Below are positions 32,671-44,500 of a stretch of DNA of 64,000 bases, piece after piece. The notes beneath the pieces were generated by a model. The model saw only the letters and a program-made list of their open reading frames with translations, made no database searches and was not told where the DNA came from. Within the stretch, counting starts at the first letter, position 1. Every line of letters begins with the position of its first letter. A program made the translations under genes and the position numbers. Where the stretch lies: positions 62,001 through 126,000 of the forward strand of contig NIVC01000509.1 of assembly GCA_002269645.1 (NCBI GenBank). The letters run 5' to 3'. This DNA comes from Macrostomum lignano. Lineage: Eukaryota.

Positions 32671-33277
32671 TTAAAAAGTCTTTTAGTTTTCCTGACGTTG
32701 AAAAGCTTTAATTAAAAAAATTATACTCTATGAAAATTCGAACCATCGTCGCTGCATTTAGCAGTTCAGTTTGTTCACCTCTAGGCTAGCTCTCATCGTT
32801 TTGATATCATCAAATTTTTCACTTATATAATTCAACACTCTAAAATCCAAGCATAGAGTAAATCACACGAAGCAGTTATGACATAATCAGTTTCTCAGTC
32901 AGTCAGTATCAGTTAACAATATGGTTACGCAATTTAAATCAAGTCTGGTGCTACGCTTCACACTGCATTTTCAATTCAAGTCGGAGTTACAATTCAGTTA
33001 TGATGCAATCTATTTCAGAATCAGAATTCAACCAGTCAGTTTTTTCTCTAGCATTCTTACTATACATTTCAAGTCGAAAAGTTTGCTTGACCTTTGCAAA
33101 AAAGCATGTTTTTCGAATATTTAATCGCTTTAGCATCGAGCAATTTCTTAGCCACGATGCATGTACAGTCACGGGAAAATTTCTGATCGAACAGTGCAAG
33201 TTCTAACAAAATCGGTCCAGCCATTTTTTCTCTAATCGATCACATAGACACAGACAGACCATTTTTAGTATATAGGA

Positions 33278-36200
33278 CTAGCAATCTACGCCCCCCGTTG
33301 GGGAGCTAAAGAAATGAAATACACGTTTTTTAATAAGCTACATGTAGCCTTGAAATCCTAAAAAATCTCCTGTCAAACTTCTAATAGCCCTAACCCCAAC
33401 CCTAAACATAACCCTAAATTTAATATTTTGTCCATGAGTTTTTGCATGATGCTTCTATGATTTTTTGCATGACGCTTCCATGATTTTTGCATGACGCTTC
33501 TATGCTAAACATTTTTAATAAGCTACATGAGCTAAGTTATAAGCTACCCTAACCCTAGCACTAACCCGAATCTTAACGCTATAACCCTAACCCTAACCAT
33601 ATACCCTAACACCAACGCTAACACTAACCCTACAGCCTGACATCTGTATAAGTTTGTGAAGCGCTAGTAGTATTTTTTTAGCTTAGTATCTTAGCGTTGG
33701 GGAGCCAAAAAATGCAGTACAAGTTTTGTAATAAGCTACATGTAGCATCACTTTGCAATATCTCTCTGCAATATTTGCATCTCTTTGCAATAATATACTG
33801 CTTTGCAAGCAGTCCCTTAAGCCTTGACATGTCAGTAATTCCCCCCCCCACAAGTTTTAACATTTCAACTTCCCCTTGACATCTCAGCGATGCTCCCCAT
33901 AAGCCATGAAATCTAAAAAAATCTGTCAACTTTCTAACCCTAACCCTAACCCTAACCTAACCTAACCCTAAAGCATTGACATTTCAGTAATTCTCTCCAA
34001 GAGTCATTATAGCACTACTACAGCATTATAGCGATTCCCTGCAAGCCTCGACATCGTAGGGATTCCCAAATGAATCTCTTAACTTCGACATGAAGCTTCT
34101 TATTTTTTACATTACGCTTTTTCTATCAGCGATCCCTCCCGTGAGGAGCCAACAAATAATGAAAAAAAGTTTTCAATAGACTACATGTAGCTTCTGACTT
34201 TAGCCTTGACATCTCATTTATTCCCCCATGAGCCTTGACATCTCAGCTATTCCCCTCGTAAGCCTTGAAATGTCAGCAATGCCCCCCATAAACCTTGAAA
34301 TCTGAAAAATCCCCTGTTAACCTTGAAACCCGCTAAAATCTAACCCTCAACCTTTGACACTACGCTTTGACATCGTAGCAATTCCCAAATGAATATTTTA
34401 ACTTCGATATGACTCTTCTTTTATGTATACATAGTGCTTCTTTTTTTTTTACATGACTCTTCTTCTATCAGCGCCCCCCCCGTGGCGAGCCAACAAAGAA
34501 GGTAATAAAAAAATTGAGTAAACTACATGTACTTTGAAGTAGCTTCTGACTTTTGCTTTGACATCTCAGAAACCCCCCCCCTAATCTCAGTTATTCTCCG
34601 TGAGCCTTGACATCTCAGTAATTCTCCCCAGCACAGCACAATAGCTTCATTTAATTTTTACATGACACTTCTTTCATGTCTGACATGACGCTTCTTTTGA
34701 TTTTTACATGACGCTTCTATGATTTCTAAAATGACACTTCCATTAGTTTTTATATAAGGCTTCTATGACTTTTTACATGACGCTTCTATGATTGTTTATA
34801 TGACGTTTCTATGATGTTTTTAGCTCATTAGCTTTTGATGTTTGACGCTTCTATGATTTCTTAAATGACACGTCCATTAGTTTTTATATAAGTTTTGTAA
34901 TAGGTTTTGTATAAGTTTTGTAATTTTTACATGACGCTTCTACGATTGTTTACATGACGTTTCTATGATGTTTTTACATGACGCTTCTATGATTTTTTAC
35001 ATGACGCTTCTATGATTTTTTACATGACGCTTTTATGATTTTTACATGACGCTTCTATGATTGTCTACATGACGCTTCTATACTTTTTTACATGACGCTT
35101 GTATGATTTTTTTACATGACGCTTCTATGATTTTTTACATGACGCTTCTATGATTGTTTACAGGACGCTTCTATGATTGTTTACATGACGCTTCTATGAC
35201 TTTTTTACATGACGCTTCTATGATTTTTTAAATGACGCTTCTATGATTTTTAAATGACGCTTCTACGATTTTTACATAACGCTTCTATGATTGTTTACAT
35301 GACGCTTCTATGATTTTTCTACATGACGTTTCTATGATTTTTTACATGACGCTTCTATGATTTTTACATGACGCTTGTATGATTGTTTACATGACGCTTC
35401 TATGATTTTTTTACATGACGCTTCTATGATGTTTTAAATGTCGCTTCTATGATTTTTTTAAATGACGCTTCTATGATTTTTTACATGACGCTTCTATGAT
35501 TTTTTACATGACGCTTTTATGATTTTTACATGACGCTTCTATGATTGTTTACATGACGCTTCTATACTTTTTTACATGACGCTTGTATGATTTTTTACAT
35601 GACGCTTCTATGATTGTTTACAGGACGCTTCTATGATTGTTTACATGACGCTTCTATGACTTTTTTAAATGACGCTTCTATGATTGTTTACATGACGCTT
35701 CTATGATTTTTTAAATGACGCTTCTATGATTTTTATATGACGCTTCTACGATTGTTTACATGACGCTTTTATGATTGTTTACATGACGCTTCTATACTTT
35801 TTTACATGACGCTTGTATGATTTTTTTACATGACGCTTCTATGATTTTTATATGACGCTTCTACGATTGTTTGCATGACGCTTCTATGATTATTTACATG
35901 ACGCTTCGATTTTTTTACAAGACTCTTAGATATGATTTTTTACATGACGCTTCTATGATTGTTTACATGACGCTTCTATGATTGTTTACATGACGCTTCA
36001 ATGATTCTTTAAATGACGCATTTATGATTTTTAAATGACGCATCTATGATTTTTTACATGACGCTTCTATGATTTTTATATGACGCTTCCATGATTTTTT
36101 AAATGACGCTCCCACGATTTTTTACATGACGCTTCTATGATTTTTATATGGCGCTTCTTTTTAAAAAGTCTTTTAGTTTTCCTGACGTTGAAAAGCTTTA

Positions 36201-36772
36201 ATTAAAAAAATTATACTCTATGAAAATTCGAACCATCGTCGCTGCATTTAGCAGTTCAGTTTGTTCACCTCTAGGCTAGCTCTCATCGTTTTGATATCAT
36301 CAAATTTTTCACTTATATAATTCAACACTCTAAAATCCAAGCATAGAGTAAATCACACGAAGCAGTTATGACATAATCAGTTTCTCAGTCAGTCAGTATC
36401 AGTTAACAATATGGTTACGCAATTTAAATCAAGTCTGGTGCTACGCTTCACACTGCATTTTCAATTCAAGTCGAAGTTACAATTCAGTTATGATGCAATC
36501 TATTTCAGAATCAGAATTCAACCAGTCAGTTTTTTTCTCTAGCATTCTTACGAGCTACAATACATTTCAAGTCGAAAAGTTTGCTTGACCTTTGCAAAAA
36601 AGCATGTTTTTCGAATATTTAATGCCTTTAGCATCGAGCAATTTCTTAGCCACGATGCATGTACAGTCACGGGAAAATTTCTGATCGAACAGTGCAAGTT
36701 CGAACAAAATCGGTCCAGCCATTTTTTCTCTAATCGATCACATAGACACAGACAGACCATTTTTAGTATATA
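33278..36772 (-). mobile_element. Non-autonomous Helitron, type C, second copy
   Basis: 5' ~700 bp nearly identical to the neighbouring copy (36070-36772 vs 32580-33277); 3' hairpin plus CTAG at 33281-33278. Confidence 0.87.
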
Positions 36773-38001
36773 CGAGGCCAACTCCTCCTTCGGAGAAGAA
36801 AGGGGAAGAACTCCAATCAGCGGAATTCCATTCCCTGAACTCCATCAGCGGAATCCCATTTTCCAACACCTCTCCGCGCAACAGAAATCGTCTCCGTGAA
36901 ACTGAACACTATCGAAATCCTCTCCGTGAAACTGAACACCATCGAAATATTCTCCGCGAAATAGAAATCCTCTCCGTGAAACTGGACTAAATCGAAATTT
37001 CTACGTCAAACAGCCTAGCTCTCAGAATTCATTGGTTAGGGTTAGGGTTAGGGTTAGAGCTACACACAGCTGCGTGTTGAAAGGCGCCGTAAAAACATTG
37101 AACCAATTAAATTGCGCAACTTATTTCTCAGGCAGTCAGTATCAGCCTCAGTTAAAGTTAACACAAAGATTGCGCAATCTAAATCAACCCTCCAATACAC
37201 AGCAACCGACCCCCCTTCCAATACGCAGTGCAGCTAGAAATTGAACCCCCCCCCACCAACTATTGGGGGTCGGTCGAACCCCCATTGAACTCCAAAATGA
37301 GAACAATCTTTGCAGAAAGCTAAAAGTATGAAAATCTTTTCTTGAATGCTGTGAATTTAATTTTCATATTTAAAGCAAAAAACTTATATCCCCGAACTCA
37401 GCGCTGCAAGCTCTTTCCAGCAATAAAAGTCTCGTCTCTCAAAGTTAAAAAATCGAGCAACAGTTAGCGTTTGAAACTTTCTGATTTTAAGCATTGAAAT
37501 ATCGAGTGTACCTTCACTGCCTGCTAAAGATGCTCGCGAGTTTATGCATTAAAATGCACTGAATTTCACTGTGCAAAAAATACACAGGGCTTCCTGTTAA
37601 AAAACAGAACACAAATAGTTGCGCAATTGTCTATAAAGTCAGCCAGTGAGCCAGGGTCCGATTGTACACACGCCGCTAATGAGAACGCGCCCATTCCCCC
37701 ACAGGAGAGAAAATGCACTGGCGACATAGGAAAAAGTTGTGGCGTAATCACTCAAAATTTATGCCAATTTTCAGCTTTGAGCAGAAAAAGTGTCCAGAGA
37801 AGGTTAGGAAATCAGATTTCTGCTTTTTTAGGGATCTTAAAATTAAAAAATGAAAGATTAAAACAGCCTAAAGCCGATTCCGGAAAATTTGCAGTATTCC
37901 CATATAAGTTTCAACGCTGAGTTGCACGTAGTCTAGGAGGAGATATCCTACAAACAAACAGACAAACAAACAAACAAACAACGCACCAACTTTAGTATAT
38001 A
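36773..38001 (-). mobile_element. Non-autonomous Helitron-like element, type E (short)
   Basis: 5' TATATACTAAAGTTGGTGCG followed by (TTTG)n; 3' hairpin 36782-36798 followed by CTCG. Confidence 0.65.
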
Positions 38002-40735
38002 CGAGTGGAACTCCTCCTTCGGAGGAGAAAGGGGAAGAACTCCCATCACCGGAATTCCATTCCCTGAAATCCATCAGCTGAAACTCCACTTGAATCCCAT
38101 CTTCCAAATCGTCTCCAAATTCTTTACAAAATCTTTGAAAGACCATAGCTCAAAGACTCTCACGTCTCTCATATCTCCTCTCTCTTCTATTCGCTATTAT
38201 CGTGACTCTCTTCTCTCTCCTCTCTCTCATCTCATCTCTACCCGTACTCCCTTATTTATGTTTTATCCCTCGTCTTTCGTCTGTACCCTCTCCTGTCTCT
38301 TGTCTCCTCTCTTCTCTCATATCTCTCCTCTTCACTTCTGTCTCCTGTCTTCTCTCTTCTCTCTTATCTCTCCCTCTTCTCTCCTCTTTTATATGTCATC
38401 CCTATTCACTTATCTATCGTCTCTCTTAACCCTCTCTCTCTTCTCTTTTCTTTCCTCTCTGCTCTCATTTCTCATATCTCATATACGCTCTCACACTCCA
38501 CTTACTTGTCTCCAATCTTTCTTTCCTCCTTTCCACTTTTCCCTGTCTCTTCTCTTCTCTCTTTTCTATCCTCTCCATTCTCTCTTTTCTCCTCCCCTTG
38601 CTCCTTTTATCTTCTCCCCTCTCTTCTCTAATCTCTTCTCTCTTCTCTCTTATGTTCTCACTCATCTCTTTTTATCGCATCTCTCATCTCTCCTCTCCTC
38701 ACTACTTTCCTCTCTTAACTCTCTTATCTATTTCATCTCTCTCCTCTCTCCTCTTTCTCTTCTCCTCTCGCTTCTTCTCTCGCTTCTCTCTCCTATCTCT
38801 CCTCTCATCTCTACTACCGTATTTATATCTTCTAACTGGTCCTTCGTCTCTACTCTCTCCTTTCTCCTTTCTCCCCTCTTTTCTCCTTTCTTGTCTCTCC
38901 TGTCTCCCCTCCTCTCTCATCCCTCATCCCCTCATCTCACTCTTTCTTTCTCCTCTACTCTCCCCTCTCTTCTATTTTCTCTGTACGCTCTTATCCCTAA
39001 TCTATTTTCTCTCCTCTCTCCTCTTTTCTACTCTCTCCCTCTTCGTTCCCGCCTAAATCCCCTCTTCTCTCCAATCTGTCATGTCTAATATCTCCACTTA
39101 TTTCTACTCTGTTTTCTATCATCTCATCTCTCTTCTGCTTTCATTCTTCTCTTTACTCTTTTCTCTGACTGATTGAAGATGCCAAATCCATCAAGATCCT
39201 CTCCGCGAAGCAGAAATCCTGTCCGTGCAACTGAAAACCATCGAAATTCTCTCTTTTAAACTGGACTCAATCGAAATTTTCTCCGTCAAAAAAAATAAAT
39301 ATCAGGATTCATTGGTTAGGGTTATTGTTAGGGTTAGGGTTAGGGTTAAAGCTACACAGCTGCGTGTTCAAATAAAAATTGAACCAATTGAATCAATTGA
39401 TTGCGCAACCGATTTCTCAGTCAGTCAGTATCAGTCTCAGTTAAAGTTAACAAAAAGATTGCGCAATCTAAATCAACCCTCCAGTACACAGAGACCGACC
39501 TCTTTTCAATACGCAGTAGCAGTTAGAAATTGAACGCCGAACTGTTGGGGGCATTGAACCAAAAAATGAGTACAATCTTTGCATAAAGCTAAAAGTATGG
39601 AAATAGTTTTTTTGATGCTGCTCTTTTAGTCTTTACATTTATAGCAAACAATTTATATCCTCGAACTCAGCGTTGCAAGATCTTTTCAGCAGTATAAGTA
39701 TCTTCTCTTAAAGTTTAGAACTCGAAGAGCAGTTAGCGTTTGAAAGTTCCCGTTTTAAGGCATTGAAATATCGCGTGTACGTTCACTGCCTTCCAAAGAG
39801 GCTCGCAAATTTATTCATTCATTACACAGGCTGGCTATTACACAGGGCAGCCTATTGAAAGGCACAGATAATAAAACAAATTGATGGCGCAACCGATTTC
39901 ACAGTCAGTCAGTATCAGTCTCAGTTAAAGTTAAGAAAAACATTGCGCAATCTAAATCAACCCTCCAATACACAGCGCCCGACCGCCTTCCACTACGCAG
40001 TGGCAATTAGCAATTGAACCCCCAAATTTATCTCTGACCTATCGCAAAAATAAGTACAATCTTTGCAGCAAGTTAAAAGTAAAAGTAATAAAATCGTTTT
40101 TTGAATGCTGTGCTTTTAATTTTTACAGTTAAAGCAAACAACTTATATCCCTGAACTCAGCGTTGCAAGATCTTTCCAGCAATATAAGTCTCTCCTCTCA
40201 AAGTTCAAAAATCGAGCAACAGTTAGCATTTGAAACTTTCTGATTTAAAGCATTGAAATATCGAGTGTACGTTCACTGCCTGCTAGAGAGGCTCGCAAAT
40301 TGATGCATTGAATTTCACTGTCCGCCAGTTAGCTAGGGTCCAAGTGTACACACGCCGCCACTGAGAACGCTCCTATCCCCCCACTGGAGAGAAAATACAC
40401 TGCCAAGTTAGCAAAATTTTATGGCGCAATCACTTAAAATTCATGCAGATTTTCAGCTCCAAGCAGAAAGAGGGGACAATTAAGATTATCAAAGGTCAAG
40501 ACCGCCGTTTTCTGCTTTTTTGAGGATCTTAGAAATTAAAATTTCAGAATTAAAATAGCCTATAGCCGACCTCGGATAATTTCCAATCTTCCCATATAAG
40601 TTTCAACGCTGAGTTGGCACTATTCAAGGAGGAGTTGTCGAAATGACAGACAGACATACAGACAGACATACAGACAGACATACAGACAGACAAACAACGC
40701 GTCAACTTTAGTATATATAGATAGAAGAGGAAGGA
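38002..40735 (-). mobile_element. Non-autonomous Helitron-like element, type E (long), with a CT-rich low-complexity core (38160-39170) and internal duplication
   Basis: 5' ...TCTATATATACTAAAGTTGACGCG followed by (GTCT/GTAT)n; 3' perfect hairpin CTCCTCC-GAA-GGAGGAG (38011-38027) followed by TTCCACTCG. Shares blocks with 36773-38001. Confidence 0.65.
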
Positions 40736-40885
40736 CTAGCAATCTTCGCCCCCCGATGGGGGACATCTAGATAGAATCTCTGTTCTCTACAAGTATCAAT
40801 AAGATGGCCAAACAAAGCCTTCACATAGTCAATAGAAAAACTGCTCAGATGAAGTGCAATGCGAAAAGAAAACATCCTAAGACAG

Positions 40886-41425
40886 CAAGCATCCCCCCAG
40901 ATAGCAAGCACCTCCAGATAGCAAGCATCCCCCCAGATAGCAGGCTCCCCCCAGATAGCAAGCATCACCCAGATAGCAAGCATCCCAGATAGCAAGCATC
41001 CCCTAGATAGCAAGCATCCCCGAGATAGCAAGCATCCCCCAAATAGCAAGCATCCCCCAGATAGCAAGCATCCCCCAGATAGCAAGCATCCCCCAGATAG
41101 CAAGCATCCCAGATAGCAAGCATCCCCCAGATAGCAAGCATCCCCCAGATAGCAAGCATCCCCCAGATAGCAAGCATCCCCCAGATAGCAGGCACCCCCA
41201 GATAGCAGGCACCCCCAGATAGCAAGCATCCCCCAGATAGCAGGCACCCCCAGATAGCAGGCACCCCAGATAGCAAGCACCCCAGATAGCAAGCACCCCA
41301 GATAGCAAGCACCCCCAGATAGCAAGCACCACCAGATAGCTAGCACCCCCAGATAGAAAGCACCACCAGATAGCAAGCACCCCCAGATAGCAGGCTCTCC
41401 CAGATAGCAAGCACCCCCAGATAGC
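40886..41425. repeat. 16-17-bp satellite (GGGGATGCTTGCTATCT on the element strand); also 47440-47680 and 51560-52310
   Basis: Tandem units with variable G/C run. Confidence 0.93.
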
Positions 41426-41449
41426 AGGCGACATGGTGGCTTTTTACTG

Positions 41450-43190
41450 TTAGACATGGTGGCTCTTTAATGTTAGACATGGTGGCTTTTTAATGTTAGA
41501 CATGGTAGCTCTTTAATGTTCGGCATGGTAGTTCTTTAATGTTAGACATGGTGGCTCTTCTATGTTTAACAATGTGGCTCTTTAATGTTTTACATGGTGG
41601 CTCTTTAATGTTCGACATGGTGGCTCTTTAATGTTAGACATGGTGGCTCTTTAATTTTCGACATAGTGGCTCTTTAATGTTAGACATGGTGGCTCTTCTA
41701 TGTTTGACATGGTGGCTCTTCTATTTTTGACATGGTGGCTCTTTAATGTTCGACATGGTGGTCCTTTAATTTTTGACATGGTGGTTCTTTAATGTTCGAC
41801 ATGGTGGCTCTTTAATGTTCTACATGGTGGCCCTTTAATGTTCGACATGGTGGCTCTTTACTGTTAGACATGGTGGCTCTTTAATGTTTGATATGGTGGC
41901 ACTTTAATGTTTGACATCATGCCAGATTTATGTTTGACATGGTGGCTCTTTAATGTTCGACATGGTGGCTCTTTTAGGTTTGACATGGTGGCTCTTTAAT
42001 GTTCGACATGGTGGCTTTTTACTGTTAGACATGGTGGCTCTTTAATGTTAGACATGGTGGCTTTTTAATGTTAGACATGGTAGCTCTTTAATGTTCGGCA
42101 TGGTAGTTCTTTAATGTTAGACATGGTGGCTCTTCTATGTTTAACAATGTGGCTCTTTAATGTTTTACATGGTGGCTCTTCTATGTTTAACATGGTGGCT
42201 CTTTAAGGTTCGACATGGTGGCTCTTTAATGTTCGAAATGGTGGCTCCTTAATGTTCTTCATGGTGGCTCTTTTTTGTTCGACATGGTGGCTCTTTTTTG
42301 TTCTACATGGTAACTCTTTTATGTTTGATACGGTGGCTTTTTAATGTCTGACATGGTGGCTCTTTTATGTTTGACATGGTGGCTATTGTTTGACATGGTG
42401 GCTCTTTAATGTTCGAAATAGTGGCTCTTCAATGTCTGAAATGGTGGCTCTATTATGTTCGACATGGTGGCTCTTTTAGGTTTGACATGGTGGCTCTTAA
42501 ATGTTTCACATGGTGGCTCTTTAGTTTTTACTCGTAACATGGTGGCTCTTTGATGTTCTTCATGATATAGCTCTTTTATGTTACACATGGTGGCACTTTA
42601 ATGTTCGACATGGTGGCTCTTTAATGTTTGACATAAAGTCACATATATGTTCGACATGGTGGCTCTTAAATGTTTGACATGGTGGCTCTTTAATATTCTA
42701 CATGGTGGCTCTTTTATGTTAGACATGGTGGCTCTTTAATGTTCGACATAGTGGCTTTTTAAGGTTTGAAATGGTAACACTTTAATGTTTGACATAAAGT
42801 CACATATATGTTTGACATGGTGGCTCCTAAATGTTTGACATGGTGGCTCTTTATGTTTGACATGGTAACTCTTTTATGTTTGATACGGTCGCTTTTTAAT
42901 GTCTGATATGTTGGCTCTTTTATGTTTGACATGGTGGCTCTTTAATGTTCGACATGGTGGCTCTTTAATGTTCGACATGGTGGCTCTTTAATGTTTGACA
43001 TGGTGGCTTCTAATTGTTTGACATGGTGGCTCTTTAATGTTCAAAATGGTGGCTCTTTTATGTTTGACATGGTGGCTCTTTCATGTTTGACATGGTGGCT
43101 CTTTTATGTTTGACATGGTGGCTCTTTTATGTTTGACATGGTGGCTCTTTTATGTTCGACATGGTGGCTCTTCTATGTTTGACATTGCGC
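41450..43190. repeat. ~21-22-bp satellite (AAAGAGCCACCATGTCAAACATT on the element strand); also 45140-47340 and 48450-50330
   Basis: Degenerate tandem units. Confidence 0.93.
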
Positions 43191-43785
43191 TTCTTTGATG
43201 TTTAGCAGTTTTGTTGTGTTTGTTGTGTTTTAATAAAAAAAATCTTTTTGTACTACTAAGATTCGAACCCAGGTTGCTACATTAGCATTCCAGTCTGTTC
43301 GCATCAGGGCTATCTCTTTTCAATTGGAGAACATGAATTGTGGCCCTTATAATTCAATTCTTACAGCAAGTCAATCGGAGTAAAAAGTTATGACATAATC
43401 AATTTCTCAGTCAGCCAGTATCAGTCTCAATTTAAGTTAGCAATATGGTTACGCAATTTCAATCAAGTCGTGTGTGCATTTCTTCGGCACTGTTTTCAAC
43501 TTGTTGTGATGCAATCTTTATCACAATCGGAATTCAGTCAGTCAGTTTTTTCTCTAGCATTCTTACAATGCATTTCAAGTCGAAAATTTGGCTTGACCTT
43601 TGCAAAAAAGCATGTTTTTCGAATATTTAATCCCTTTAGCATTGAGCAATTTCTTAGCCAAGATGCATGTACCGTCCCAGGAAAATTTCTGTTCGAATGG
43701 TGCAAGTTTGAAGAAAATCGGTTGAGCCATTTTTTCTGAAATCTATCGCATAGCTACAGACATTTCATTTTTAGTATATTGGAGA

Positions 43786-44273
43786 AGTGCCTGCTATGCA
43801 CAAACTAAGGCCGACATTAAAGTTCTGGTATTTAAACCATAAAATCGATTGCCCACCTGAAGGCAACCACGTGCATAGCAAGCCGCCATAGTACTCATAC
43901 CTAATGAGTCTAGGCAAATAATCGAGAGTCGTATCTCCGCAGTACTGCATTGTCTACTGTGCACTATCGTCGGCAATTCTAATATAAACTTTATGAAATT
44001 CGAACGCCCACCTTCTAAGGCGCATGAGTGACACGCATCTTGTTAACTGGATAACGTTTGAATAGTGTCTGTCACATTATCAGTAGGCAAAACGCAATAG
44101 TGGTGTGTCACACAAGGGCGAACAAAGTGCACAGTAGACCGCCATACTGCCCATACTTAATGAGCAGAGGCAATTATTTAATCATTTGGCACACATTTCA
44201 ACTTTCCTAAGCTATATACCGCAGTACTGCATTGCCTACTGTGCATAAACCTATCTATCCGAACAGTATACTA
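43786..44273 (+). repeat. ~488-bp direct repeat, copy 2
   Basis: Identical to 18136-18623. Continues uninterrupted (...AGTATACTA|TATCAC) at the point where copy 1 meets the Helitron CTAG. Confidence 0.92.
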
Positions 44274-44500
44274 TATCACAGCTAGGAAAGCTTTTCACCT
44301 CACGATTGCCCACCTTCTAAGGCGCGAATGCTTAACACACTATTCTGTCTGCTGAATAATGCTGAAATTATCACAGCCTGCAGAATGCAAGAGAATTTGT
44401 GCTAAACAAGAACAACCACATGCACAGTAGACCGCCTTGACACTCATAATTAATGAGGCTAGGCAATGGAATGGAATTCCATTATCAACGACTTATATAA

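Larger units (their letters stand above)
30294..33277 (-). mobile_element. Non-autonomous Helitron, type C (23-bp satellite, telomeric tract)
   Basis: 5' TCCTATATACTAAAAATGG at 33277; 3' CCCCAACGGGGGGCGTAGATTGCTAG ending at 30294. Confidence 0.88.
40736..43783 (-). mobile_element. Non-autonomous Helitron, type A
   Basis: 5' TCCAATATACTAAAAATG at 43783; 3' hairpin plus GAAGATTGCTAG ending at 40736; carries both type A satellites. Confidence 0.87.

Noticed and set aside
38090-39088. 332-aa Ser/Leu-rich ORF
   Set aside because: CT-rich low-complexity DNA within a type E element; no recognisable domain.
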